Below, in pieces: positions 7,483 through 16,711 of a stretch of DNA of 18,244 nucleotides (its first letter is position 1; every line of letters starts with the position of its first letter). The stretch is from Oligoflexales bacterium. Lineage in GTDB: Bacteria; Bdellovibrionota_B; Oligoflexia; Oligoflexales; RGVZ01. The stretch lies in NCBI GenBank assembly GCA_044236265.1, contig JBIIGV010000059.1, forward strand, positions 1-18,244, written 5' to 3'. A model generated the notes under the pieces. It was not told where the DNA came from. It did not search any database and saw only the letters and a program-made list of their open reading frames with translations. A program made the position numbers and the translations under genes.

Positions 7483-8202
7483 ATGACCTCGGCCGCCTCT
7501 CAAAATCAAACTGAGCAAGTCGCCGCACCGGTGGACATTCATTCATACGGACCCACAAAGAGATTCAGCAAAAAAAAGGATGAAGGCCTCTGGCTCATGT
7601 CGTTCTCTGACATGTCCCTAATCCTCATGACCTTTTTCATTCTGCAGTTGTCTTTCTCAACCATGAATCAGCAAAAGGCAGACTTAATCCGTGAAGCTGT
7701 ACAATCCAATCAATTCGAAGCCAAGAAAGACTCAATGACATCTGTCTCTAAACGAATCAACAACGAGATCAAACGTCTTAATTTGACGAACAGCGCTCAA
7801 GTAACCATGGACACCAGCGGCGTCCTCGTAGAATTTAAGGATGGATTACTATTCCCTCCGGGTTCAGCTGACGGTAACCCACAATTTTCTGCAATTGTGG
7901 GCCAGGTTATGAAAGTCATCGCGGCATCACCCGATCGTTACAAAATCAAAATTGAGGGTCATACCGATGATGTACCGATTCGTAGCACCAAATTTGCCTC
8001 CAACTGGGAGCTGAGCGCCTCGAGGGGTATTTACCTGATGCGGCAATTCGCGGCTCGCGGTGTACGCGAGGATCGTATGAGTGTGGTCGCAATGGCGCAA
8101 ACACGCCCGAAGAAACCAGTTCTTGGTCTGACCGGAAAAGATCTCGAGCAAGCTCGAGCCGCAAATCGACGAGTGGTGATACGCCTCGAAGGCGGCGAAT
8201 AA
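7483..8202 (+). CDS. motB: MotB/PomB-family stator B subunit with OmpA-like peptidoglycan-binding domain
   Basis: TM motif WLMSFSDMSLILMTFFIL with conserved Asp43; IEGHTDDVP, SNWELSASR and NRRVVI motifs; 2 nt after the motA stop, with an AGGAG RBS. Confidence 0.92.
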   Translation: MTSAASQNQTEQVAAPVDIHSYGPTKRFSKKKDEGLWLMSFSDMSLILMTFFILQLSFSTMNQQKADLIREAVQSNQFEAKKDSMTSVSKRINNEIKRLNLTNSAQVTMDTSGVLVEFKDGLLFPPGSADGNPQFSAIVGQVMKVIAASPDRYKIKIEGHTDDVPIRSTKFASNWELSASRGIYLMRQFAARGVREDRMSVVAMAQTRPKKPVLGLTGKDLEQARAANRRVVIRLEGGE

Positions 8203-8318
8203 GACCACACACCGACCCTTTAAAAATTTTTTTGCGACCACTCAACCCCGACTGAAGGGTTCAGCTGTGTCCCATTAATATTTAAATGAATAAATCCGCC
8301 CCCTTATGCCAACTACCC

Positions 8319-8346
8319 TTGACAACCATATGATAGGACTTAAGTT
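8319..8346 (+). promoter_or_regulatory. Candidate sigma70 promoter for clpS-clpA
   Basis: TTGACA-N16-TAAGTT about 100 nt upstream of clpS. Confidence 0.4.
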
Positions 8347-8444
8347 TTCGGAAAAGTGACAGGAAATTGTATGCATTTCCGACTACTATTATAGATAAGG
8401 GAAAGTCTTGTTTTTGACTCCCGGTTTGAACGAGGTGAACGCGA

Positions 8445-8792
8445 GTGGCATTTGATTTCGTAATGGGACAATCGACTGGTGACCAAGGCGATCTTGGCTC
8501 TGGGACATCTGTTGTCACAGAGCGCAAGGTTGAAGCTAAACCTCCCTCGTTGTACCGAGTTTTATTGCACAACGATGACTTCACTCCGATGGACTTCGTT
8601 GTCATGATCCTTGAAACCTACTTTTCCAAAGATCGAAACGCAGCTACCGAAGTGATGCTTGCCGTTCATCACAAAGGGGTTGGGGTTTGCGGCGTTTATC
8701 CGTTTGAAATCGCCGAAACGAAGGTATCTTTAGTTATGGAGTGCGCTCGTGAGAATGAACACCCATTGCAGTGTACAATGGAGAAGGTGTAA
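8445..8792 (+). CDS. clpS: ATP-dependent Clp protease adaptor ClpS
   Basis: [21 protein letters not shown]...[18 protein letters not shown]...HPLQC is the classic ClpS pattern; GTG start with GAGGTG RBS; directly upstream of clpA. Confidence 0.97.
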   Translation: MAFDFVMGQSTGDQGDLGSGTSVVTERKVEAKPPSLYRVLLHNDDFTPMDFVVMILETYFSKDRNAATEVMLAVHHKGVGVCGVYPFEIAETKVSLVMECARENEHPLQCTMEKV

Positions 8793-8844
8793 GTGATTTT
8801 GGATGTTTACTTGGTGACGGACAAGCTCTGCCGGGGAGGCCAAA

Positions 8845-11172
8845 ATGATCAGTCACGACCTTGAAGTAAGCTTGAATCTAGCAGTAAGTGAAGCTGCTCG
8901 TCGCGGACACGAGTACGTGACCATTGAACACATTCTTTTTGCTCTCCTGCAAAACGAGTCAGCAGTCAAAGCCATGCGAGCCTGCGGCGGATCTGTCGAA
9001 GTAACTCGTGGTAAGCTCGAAGACTTTTTTTCGGAACACATACCCACTGGAATGTTACGCGCTGGTCAAATGCCGCAACCTACAGTTGGATTTCAAAGGG
9101 TTATTCAGAGGGCAGCTCAGCATGTTAGAGCCGCTGGAAAAGATCGCATTCGCGGTGAGAATATTCTCATCAGCATGTTTAGTGAGCGAGATTCCTTTGC
9201 AGTCTATATCATGCAGCAGCAAAGCATTACTCGCTTTGACATCATCAACTACGTATCGCACGGATTGGCAAAACTACCCGACGAGGCTGGGCACGAGCAA
9301 GATAAGTTGATCGCCAGCCCTGAAGAGTCAGATGAGTCCGAAAGTGAAAGCATACGTAGGCCGGATCAGGCCGAAGAAGAAGGCAGCGGCAAGTCCTCAA
9401 AAGATCCTTTGTCCAATTGGGCTGTCAACCTCAATGAAAAAGCAAAAGTGGGAAAAATAGACCCGTTAGTCGGTCGAGAGGAAGAAATTGACCGCTGTGT
9501 CCAAGTTTTGTGTCGGCGCAGGAAAAACAACCCGCTTCTTGTCGGCGATCCTGGCGTCGGAAAAACCGCAATAGCGGAGGGTATCGCTTGGAAAATAACT
9601 CAAGGCGATATTCCCGCTCCCATGAAAGATGCTGTGATTTACTCCCTTGATATGGGAGCTCTGCTAGCAGGAACAAAGTTTCGCGGTGATTTTGAGCAAC
9701 GACTTAAAAGCGTGGTCACAGCAATTCGTAAGCAGAAAAACGCAATTCTTTTTATCGATGAGATTCATACCGTGGTTGGCGCCGGACAAGTCAGCGGCGG
9801 GACAATGGATGCGAGTAATTTACTTAAACCCGCACTCAGCAGCGGAGATGTTCGCTGCATAGGCAGCACAACATTTAAGGAATTCCGGCAACATTTTGAA
9901 TCCGACGCCGCATTGAGCCGTCGATTTCAGAAAATTGACGTGGAGGAACCCTCTTCAGAAAACACAGTCAAAATTCTTAAAGGTCTGCGCAGTCGCTATG
10001 AAACGCATCATCATGTGAAGTTTCCCGACGAAGTTCTAAAAATGGCAGTAGATTTATCTGTCAAATATCTACGGGATAAAAAGCTTCCTGATAAAGCAAT
10101 CGATGTCATTGATGAAGTAGGTGCAAGCTTCGCTCTGAAAGGCCACGGAAAAGATTCGCCGCGACCAAAACGCGCCACCATCGAAGATGTTCAGAGGGTC
10201 ATCGCAAGAATGGCTCGTGTTCCAGCAGAAAAAATTTCAAGCACGGCACGCAAGGAACTGAAGGACTTAGCAACGAATTTGAAATCTGTGGTCTTTGGAC
10301 AGGATCAAGCGATCGAAGCAGTGTCGGATATGATCAAAATGTCCAGAGCCGGCCTTGGTAGCTCCGACAAACCAATCGGCAGCTTCTTATTCGCCGGTCC
10401 GACAGGCGTCGGCAAAACCGAGGTTGCAAAACAATTGGCTCAAGTCCTGGGTATTGAGTTTGTCCGTTTCGATATGTCCGAATATATGGAGCGTCACGCA
10501 GTCAGTCGACTTATCGGTGCCCCTCCAGGCTATGTCGGGTACGAACAGGGTGGACTGTTGACGGAGGCGATAAACAAGTCGCCGCATGCCGTATTGTTGC
10601 TCGATGAGATTGAAAAAGCTCATCCTGACATGCAGAATATTTTACTTCAGGTATTCGACCATGGGACCTTGACGGACAATAACGGTAGAAAAACTGACTT
10701 CCGCAATACGATCATCATCATGACGACCAATGCTGGAGCACGTGACCTGCTCCAAGGCAATATCGGCTTCGGACGACCTGCATTAGCTTCTGAAGAAAGC
10801 GAGCTCAAAGCAATCAAAGACATATTTTCGCCTGAGTTCCGAAATCGTCTAGATGGCGTTATCACATTTAAACCGCTGCCACGTGATATCGTTCTCAAAG
10901 TCGTCGACAAATTCCTTAAAGATGTGGCGAGCAAACTAGCGTCACGCAAAATTGAGCTTGTTTGCACCGAAAAACTCCGCCTTTGGTTGGTCGATAAAGG
11001 ATACGACATCGCCTATGGAGCTCGCCCCCTTGGTAGAGTCATTCAAGATCAGATCAAAAAACCTCTTTCCGATGAGTTGCTGTTTGGAAAAATCAGCAAA
11101 ACTGGGGGCAAGATCAAGGTTGATTTAGGACAAGACGGCAAGCCATCGTTCGAGATTACAGCGGCCGACTAA
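8845..11172 (+). CDS. clpA: ATP-dependent Clp protease ATP-binding subunit ClpA
   Basis: Clp N-domain ([10 protein letters not shown]), two AAA+ modules ([15 protein letters not shown] and [16 protein letters not shown]), IGF ClpP-docking loop, no middle coiled-coil, 775 aa, adjacent to clpS. Confidence 0.97.
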   Translation: MISHDLEVSLNLAVSEAARRGHEYVTIEHILFALLQNESAVKAMRACGGSVEVTRGKLEDFFSEHIPTGMLRAGQMPQPTVGFQRVIQRAAQHVRAAGKDRIRGENILISMFSERDSFAVYIMQQQSITRFDIINYVSHGLAKLPDEAGHEQDKLIASPEESDESESESIRRPDQAEEEGSGKSSKDPLSNWAVNLNEKAKVGKIDPLVGREEEIDRCVQVLCRRRKNNPLLVGDPGVGKTAIAEGIAWKITQGDIPAPMKDAVIYSLDMGALLAGTKFRGDFEQRLKSVVTAIRKQKNAILFIDEIHTVVGAGQVSGGTMDASNLLKPALSSGDVRCIGSTTFKEFRQHFESDAALSRRFQKIDVEEPSSENTVKILKGLRSRYETHHHVKFPDEVLKMAVDLSVKYLRDKKLPDKAIDVIDEVGASFALKGHGKDSPRPKRATIEDVQRVIARMARVPAEKISSTARKELKDLATNLKSVVFGQDQAIEAVSDMIKMSRAGLGSSDKPIGSFLFAGPTGVGKTEVAKQLAQVLGIEFVRFDMSEYMERHAVSRLIGAPPGYVGYEQGGLLTEAINKSPHAVLLLDEIEKAHPDMQNILLQVFDHGTLTDNNGRKTDFRNTIIIMTTNAGARDLLQGNIGFGRPALASEESELKAIKDIFSPEFRNRLDGVITFKPLPRDIVLKVVDKFLKDVASKLASRKIELVCTEKLRLWLVDKGYDIAYGARPLGRVIQDQIKKPLSDELLFGKISKTGGKIKVDLGQDGKPSFEITAAD

Positions 11173-11252
11173 ACATCTATATTGACTTGGCATTGACCCC
11201 TGTTTTTTCCATTTCCACAAACTGCTTAGAGCCACAGCTAGGCAATTTTTTC

Positions 11253-11279
11253 TCATGTGCCGTCAAATACTGTCGATAA
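11253..11279 (+). promoter_or_regulatory. Candidate sigma28-like promoter
   Basis: TCATGTGC-N11-GTCGATAA; the -10 box is a 7/8 match to GCCGATAA, the -35 box is weak. Confidence 0.4.
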
Positions 11280-11323
11280 CCCTAAGGATCAACTTTGTAA
11301 GAGATCCTCAGGAGGATGACCAC

Positions 11324-12139
11324 ATGCGACCCAGCAAAGCCTTTAAGCAATCGGTGGTATTGCAGCTCGTTCTTATAATGACTCCAATGATGGCCATACG
11401 CTGCGCCAGCGATAGCGCGGGTGGAGAGCAGGGTGAGCCAGTCGAGGGCGAAGCGGCTGAACAAGGTCAGTCTGAAAATGGTGCGGGTAACAACGCATCT
11501 CTCAATAACGGCGGGGGAGACGAAGCCGCAGCTCAAGGCGAATCCATGAATAATGCTGTAGAAGGTGGAAGCGCTGAAAACTTTGGTACCGCGAATGCGG
11601 GAAATAACACCTCGGCTGGCGGCAGTGGGAATGCCGCTCTCGGTGAGTCTATGAATAACTTGGCAGCTGAAGACCCTGTGGCTCTCAATCAGACCGCCAA
11701 TCCGGCTCTGACCCAATCAGCACCTCTTAATCAATCAGCGCCTCTAACGGAAAATGTTCCACTGAACGCTGGACTAACACCGGTAACTGAAACTACCCCG
11801 GTCAATGGCGCTCCCGTTGACCCGGCCGTTCCCACCGAAGCGATACCACCAGTTGAGCAAGCAGCTGCGACACCTGCGGCTGGTGATAGCGCTGCACGCG
11901 CCGCGGCAAGTCCATTTCAAAATCCCCATATGAACTGGCCCGGGAAAGGCAAAGTAAAATACGTAACCCGACAACTCACCCGTCACTCCTCGCCAAATGG
12001 ACCAGTCGTCGGTGAATTTGAGCAAGGTGAGCACCCGCTCATCTATCAAAACGGCAACTGGGCAGAGCTTCACGATGGATCTTTCGTCAAAGGTAATGGA
12101 CTGTCGGAAAAAGGCGTCGGGTATAACAAGCGCAAATAA
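11324..12139 (+). CDS. Putative lipoprotein with a long acidic disordered linker and a C-terminal SH3b-like domain
   Basis: AGGAGG RBS at 11310-11315 favours ATG 11324; hydrophobic signal ending MMAIRC (atypical lipobox, Cys27); E/N/G/A/P-rich linker; C-terminal KYVT..LTRHSSPNGPVVG..EQGE....NGNWAEL..G.FV...LS fits the bacterial SH3 pattern. Confidence 0.75.
   Translation: MRPSKAFKQSVVLQLVLIMTPMMAIRCASDSAGGEQGEPVEGEAAEQGQSENGAGNNASLNNGGGDEAAAQGESMNNAVEGGSAENFGTANAGNNTSAGGSGNAALGESMNNLAAEDPVALNQTANPALTQSAPLNQSAPLTENVPLNAGLTPVTETTPVNGAPVDPAVPTEAIPPVEQAAATPAAGDSAARAAASPFQNPHMNWPGKGKVKYVTRQLTRHSSPNGPVVGEFEQGEHPLIYQNGNWAELHDGSFVKGNGLSEKGVGYNKRK
11714..11749 (+). repeat. Short in-frame 18-bp tandem repeat (QSAPLN/QSAPLT)
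   Basis: CAATCAGCACCTCTTAAT followed by CAATCAGCGCCTCTAACG, within a run of degenerate [PA]L[NT] units. Confidence 0.7.
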
Positions 12140-12182
12140 AAGCGCATTCGACGACCAGATTACCAACCAACATTGTCAACGA

Positions 12183-12215
12183 AAAAATGCCGCTCACCGC
12201 GGCATTTTTCCTTTT
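12183..12215 (+). terminator. Intrinsic terminator (symmetric A/T flanks)
   Basis: AAAAATGCCGC-TCACC-GCGGCATTTTT followed by CCTTTT, 43 nt after the stop at 12139. Confidence 0.85.
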
Positions 12216-12241
12216 GCATTCAGTAATTTAATGGTCATAAT
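12214..12241 (+). promoter_or_regulatory. Candidate sigma70 promoter for the M64 peptidase gene
   Basis: TTGCAT-N16-CATAAT just after the terminator and about 32 nt before the ATG at 12274. Confidence 0.35.
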
Positions 12242-12273
12242 GCTCCCTAGAACATTACTTCATGGAGTCTCTT

Positions 12274-13935
12274 ATGATCAGATCCGCATGGATAGCGGCA
12301 TCGATTGTCATAGCAGGACAAGCGATTGCGGGCACTCAAGTAACAAAAGTCAAAATTCTTAAAGACGAACGCGGGAGCATGACCATTGTTTCTCGAGAGT
12401 CCGCAGAAATGGTACGGCCTGTCGATTTCTCAAAAACCGAATATCCCCAGTTAGTCGTCGAACATCAGCCTGTGCAGGCAGGTCGCATTATCGAACTCCT
12501 TGGTACCAACACTAGGAAAATCAATGAATGGATTCTCGATCATCACGTCAAACCTTTAGTTCGAGATTTTGATGATGCTTCTGCGGACGAGGTTCGAACG
12601 ATTGTAGACAGCGGCCCAGCAGCCAATCGAATTGATTTGGTTTTTATGGGAGATGGCTACACCGTTTCTGAAAGAGAGAAGTTTTTTGCGGATATTCAAC
12701 GACTGGTCAACGACATGTTTGTCGGTAAAACCTTCACATCATATCTGCCAGTTTTTAATGTTCACGCTGTTTTCCGTCCAAGCAATTCGTCCGGTATTGG
12801 AAGAGGTAGCCCCATAGACACAGCCTACGGACTGTATCGAGAGGGAGAAACTCTCCGCGCAATTTTCCCTAGTAAACAATCCGCGATCCGAGAAAGCTGT
12901 CGACGAGCCCCTGGATGCGACTACCCGGTTGTTATTGCAAATGATCCATATTATGGCGGCCTTGGTGGAGAGTTTGCTATCTCTACCAGCTCCCCTACTA
13001 GCGGAACCGTTGTTCTTCGTCATGAACTCGGACACAATTTTGGACGTGTTGGCGAAGAATACGATGGCGGAGGCTACTTTGGAGCAAACTACTCAACTAC
13101 CGCGACATCACCCCGTTGGCGTGACTGGAGCACAGATCGCTCCAACATGCGAGCTGAGCCCATGGTTGCCCGTTATATCGGATGGCCATGGCACAAACTC
13201 GACAAAGGTCCATTTTCGATAAACATGCAAAGTGACGGACTCTTTGCCCGCACATGGATTCGTCTCAGCGCTTCTGGCATTGAGACGGACGACACTTTGT
13301 CGATTAAACTAAACGATCAACCTGTATCATTTGTCAGTCCAAACCGCACTGACCGGAGCTTTATCAACATAGAGCTTCCCGGGATGACAACCGGAGCTCA
13401 GAAACTCGCGTTCATTGAAAATATCTCCGATCACAACAACTGGATTTCATCACTGACAGTACATGAGTATGCTCACGACTTTCACGACGAGCCGGGCTTT
13501 GTCGGTGCATTTCCAAACTTCGATCAATATCTCGACGTTGCAGGATACCGACCAACCAACGAGAGCTGCCTCATGCGTGATATGACCCATGAGTTTTTCT
13601 GCCCAATTTGCCAAGAAAACAATTGGAGTCAGTTTTTTGACCGCATTGACATCATTGACTCCTCCACAGCTTCGCGAGCAGGATCTCGCGTCTCCGCTCA
13701 AGTTCAAACACTCGGACTGGGTCAATTCAGGAGAGGAGGAACCGGAGCAGCCGGAGAGAAAATTGAAATCAGGTGGTTTACCAGAGGCCAAGAGCTGACT
13801 GAATTCAAAGATCAACAATCTATTGCATTCGATGCTGCTAATGATGTCACCAGCCTTGAAGTAGAGGTCACCTTTCGCACCCCTGAGATTCGCGCTCAAG
13901 CAGTCTCCGCGCGGCAGACGATCATGATCAAATGA
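12274..13935 (+). CDS. Secreted zinc metallopeptidase, family M64 (IgA peptidase-like)
   Basis: Signal peptide MIRSAWIAASIVIAGQAIA (ATG 12274 has a GGAG RBS; 12262 is an alternative); NRIDLVFMGDGYT, YGGLG, HELGHNFG..GEEY (13021-) and C-terminal YRP...CLMR...FCPIC motifs are typical of M64. Confidence 0.88.
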   Translation: MIRSAWIAASIVIAGQAIAGTQVTKVKILKDERGSMTIVSRESAEMVRPVDFSKTEYPQLVVEHQPVQAGRIIELLGTNTRKINEWILDHHVKPLVRDFDDASADEVRTIVDSGPAANRIDLVFMGDGYTVSEREKFFADIQRLVNDMFVGKTFTSYLPVFNVHAVFRPSNSSGIGRGSPIDTAYGLYREGETLRAIFPSKQSAIRESCRRAPGCDYPVVIANDPYYGGLGGEFAISTSSPTSGTVVLRHELGHNFGRVGEEYDGGGYFGANYSTTATSPRWRDWSTDRSNMRAEPMVARYIGWPWHKLDKGPFSINMQSDGLFARTWIRLSASGIETDDTLSIKLNDQPVSFVSPNRTDRSFINIELPGMTTGAQKLAFIENISDHNNWISSLTVHEYAHDFHDEPGFVGAFPNFDQYLDVAGYRPTNESCLMRDMTHEFFCPICQENNWSQFFDRIDIIDSSTASRAGSRVSAQVQTLGLGQFRRGGTGAAGEKIEIRWFTRGQELTEFKDQQSIAFDAANDVTSLEVEVTFRTPEIRAQAVSARQTIMIK

Positions 13936-13951
13936 AGGGATAGCTACGCCA

Positions 13952-15199
13952 ATGTTACGTCGAACTGTACTGCTACTTGTTGTGGTTGGTATCCATAGCT
14001 GCGGTAAAAAGTCGCAAAATGATTCCACGCCATCCTACATCGGCGCTTTGGCGCAAGGCAGCGATGCTATGGGTTATGCCATAAAGGTTTTGGCATCCTC
14101 TAATAGAGCATCTCCGGGCACCACTCTTGCGAACTACCGGACAGATAACATTTTAAATGATACCAATCTTGACAGTCTCCAGGACCCAAATCTTCCCGAC
14201 TGCTCACTCAATGGCGAACCTTGGGACAAATCCACCAATCAACGCATGGCGACCGGCAATTCGAAGTACGCTCAAACTGTATTTTTCTGTCAGGTAAACA
14301 GCAAGCAAAGTCCTGAAACACTAGCTGGGAGCCTCAATCAATATAAAGCCATGCTTTGCGACGTTGAGCGAGTCATAGGTTCCATTACATACACAGAAGA
14401 TGGGTCTGAGTACAACGATCGTAGCTTATCCATCACTGAGGGATGTGGTTGGAGTGCCAAAAATTTGGAAGAAATGAGTGGCAAAGCTTTAACCGCAAAC
14501 CTCACCGCCTACGCCATAAACACGGGAGACTGGCAGAAACGTGTGCATGTTGTTGTGCCATCTGCCAATTTCGACTTCAATTTATATTTTACGATCAAAA
14601 GTGACTTTGTTGGATTCAAATTTGTCGAAAATTGGGATCAGTCAAAGCGAATGCAAGGAAACGACTACAATCAAAACATCTCCGCGACAGCAACAGGTAC
14701 CAGAGGCTCCGTTGTTTCTGTAGATCCAGTAAACGGGATCCTACGAGCCGAGTCATCTGATACATATTGGAGTCGACGATTCAGATTTCTCATCAAAGGC
14801 ACTCTAGACGGCTCATCAGGACTTTTTTCGACCGTAAGTGATGGCCAAGGAATTGTGTCCAAATTTGATCGCCAAACTGGCCTCTATTCAGAGATCGCTT
14901 CAACATCGGGAAATGACACGGAAGGATTCCTATACCGCGCTTACGAATACTCGGCTAGTAATCTGAGTTCTGTCCGTACAAGTTTAGCGATATCAACTTC
15001 TAACTCTAACTGTTCAAAAACTGGCGGCTGTCAGGGTCAAACTGGAATTACATTTTCAACAGACTCGTCCGATTTGGACTTCTTGATGATCGGTGCTGTT
15101 TGGGACGGACAGTCAGGTAAGAGAAGCAATATTGAGTCATGGCTCTCGGGATCTGGGGCTCTGACGTTTCCAAGTATTTCAAAAACAATCACGCCATAA
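13952..15199 (+). CDS. Hypothetical lipoprotein, Ser/Thr/Gly-rich, with six further Cys
   Basis: MLRRTVLLLVVVGIHSC lipobox-like signal (Cys17); 415-aa open frame 16 nt downstream of the M64 gene, with a GAAGGGA RBS. Confidence 0.8.
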   Translation: MLRRTVLLLVVVGIHSCGKKSQNDSTPSYIGALAQGSDAMGYAIKVLASSNRASPGTTLANYRTDNILNDTNLDSLQDPNLPDCSLNGEPWDKSTNQRMATGNSKYAQTVFFCQVNSKQSPETLAGSLNQYKAMLCDVERVIGSITYTEDGSEYNDRSLSITEGCGWSAKNLEEMSGKALTANLTAYAINTGDWQKRVHVVVPSANFDFNLYFTIKSDFVGFKFVENWDQSKRMQGNDYNQNISATATGTRGSVVSVDPVNGILRAESSDTYWSRRFRFLIKGTLDGSSGLFSTVSDGQGIVSKFDRQTGLYSEIASTSGNDTEGFLYRAYEYSASNLSSVRTSLAISTSNSNCSKTGGCQGQTGITFSTDSSDLDFLMIGAVWDGQSGKRSNIESWLSGSGALTFPSISKTITP

Positions 15200-15221
15200 G
15201 CACATAGGCTTATGGCGCGAT
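15188..15221. terminator. Stem-loop between convergent genes, probable terminator
   Basis: CGCCATAAGC-ACATAG-GCTTATGGCG perfect 10-bp stem, extendable by ATC/GAT, overlapping the stop at 15199; on the minus strand it is followed by TGTTTTT. Confidence 0.7.
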
Positions 15222-15236
15222 CTAGATGCTTTCTAT

Positions 15237-16709
15237 TTAGGATGCTACCGCGCTTTTGAGCGCCATAAGCACAGAATCTATACTCTTCTTGGCGTCACCA
15301 AAGAGCATGCGGGAATTGCTGTTGTAGAAAAGAGGGTTGTCCACACCTGCATAGCCAGATGCCATTCCTCGCTTCAAAACCACGCAGGTTTTAGCCTTCC
15401 ATACTTCAAGCACTGGCATTCCATAGATTGGACTAGATTCATCTGTTTGTGCCGCAGGATTTACAACATCATTAGCGCCAACAATCACCACGGCATCAGT
15501 GCCAGAAAAATCCTCATTGATCTCATCCATCTCGAGAACGATATCGTAAGGAACGCTGGCTTCTGCCAGCAATACGTTCATGTGTCCAGGAAGACGACCA
15601 GCCACAGGGTGAATCGCAAACCGAACATTCACGCCACTTTTGCGTAGAATGTCAGTGATTTCGCGGATGGGATGCTGCGCCTGGGCCACAGCCATACCAT
15701 ATCCTGGAACGAAGATGACGCTACGTGCTGACTTGAGCATGTCGGCCACCTCGGCTGCGTCGACGGAGATAACCTCGCCTGCTGGAGCCTGAGCAGTTGC
15801 AGCTGATCCGGCGGTCTTCGCCGATGTGGTTCCAAAACCACCCATGATCACGCTTACGAAACCACGATTCATAGCTTTGCACATAATATAACTCAAAATC
15901 GCTCCGCTACTTCCAACGAGGGCTCCCGTAACAATGAGAAGATCGTTGGAAAGCATAAAGCCGGCAGCGGCGGCAGCCCAACCCGAATAGCTGTTGAGCA
16001 TCGAGACAACGACCGGCATATCAGCACCACCGATAGCCATAACCATATGGACGCCGATAATAAGAGCGATCAAAGTCATTGCAAGTAAAGGGACTAGTCC
16101 CGGGAGCGCTCCTGCCATAAATGGATCAACTCCGGTTGACGCTGATTGCACAAATAAAACGCCAAGCCATATCGATAAAAGAACCATAACTAAGTTCAGC
16201 CAGTGACGAGCTGGGAGCAGCAAAGGGTTTCCAGAAATCGACCCTCTCAGCTTTCCGAACGCTATAATTGATCCACTAAACGTTATAGCGCCGATAAAAA
16301 CTCCGATAAATATTTCGACGTCGTGAATTAACGTCATGGCACCGTGATCACCTGCCAATCCTGCGCCGTGGGGGGCCTGCATAAAATTGACAATACCCAC
16401 GATCGTAGCAGCCAACCCTACAAAGCTATGCAAAATGGCAACCAATTCCGGCATGGCTGTCATGGCAACTCTTGCAGCTAAGATGGAACCAATTACAGCA
16501 CCCACGACAATCGTTGGGATCAGCAAAGTAAAGTCAGTCACCATTGGACTGAAGGACGTAGCAATGAGGGCCACCAATATTCCTACCACGCCATAGAGGT
16601 TCCCACGCCGGGCAGTTTCTTGGGTTGAAAGCCCACCAAGACTCAAAATGAAAAACACACTTGCTAAGAGATAACTAACGGTAAGTAGAGTTTGAGACAC
16701 GGTGTTCAT
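15237..16709 (-). CDS. pntB: NAD(P) transhydrogenase subunit beta
   Basis: [64 protein letters not shown] and GANDVVNP motifs. Confidence 0.98.
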   Translation of the reverse strand: MNTVSQTLLTVSYLLASVFFILSLGGLSTQETARRGNLYGVVGILVALIATSFSPMVTDFTLLIPTIVVGAVIGSILAARVAMTAMPELVAILHSFVGLAATIVGIVNFMQAPHGAGLAGDHGAMTLIHDVEIFIGVFIGAITFSGSIIAFGKLRGSISGNPLLLPARHWLNLVMVLLSIWLGVLFVQSASTGVDPFMAGALPGLVPLLAMTLIALIIGVHMVMAIGGADMPVVVSMLNSYSGWAAAAAGFMLSNDLLIVTGALVGSSGAILSYIMCKAMNRGFVSVIMGGFGTTSAKTAGSAATAQAPAGEVISVDAAEVADMLKSARSVIFVPGYGMAVAQAQHPIREITDILRKSGVNVRFAIHPVAGRLPGHMNVLLAEASVPYDIVLEMDEINEDFSGTDAVVIVGANDVVNPAAQTDESSPIYGMPVLEVWKAKTCVVLKRGMASGYAGVDNPLFYNSNSRMLFGDAKKSIDSVLMALKSAVAS

Positions 16710-16711
16710 CC

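Noticed and set aside
6707..8202. Zorya (ZorA/ZorB) anti-phage system
   Set aside because: The A subunit is 257 aa with no long cytoplasmic tail, and no ZorC/D/E helicase or nuclease gene is adjacent.
8845..11172. ClpB, ClpC or ClpV assignment
   Set aside because: No middle coiled-coil domain, IGF loop present and clpS adjacent, all indicating ClpA.
11255..11323. Longer N-terminus from the ORF track
   Set aside because: A strong AGGAGG precedes ATG 11324, which places the signal peptide at the N-terminus; the extension overlaps the candidate promoter.
13450..14028. 192-aa minus-strand ORF
   Set aside because: Entirely antisense to two well-supported plus-strand genes and has no recognisable motifs.
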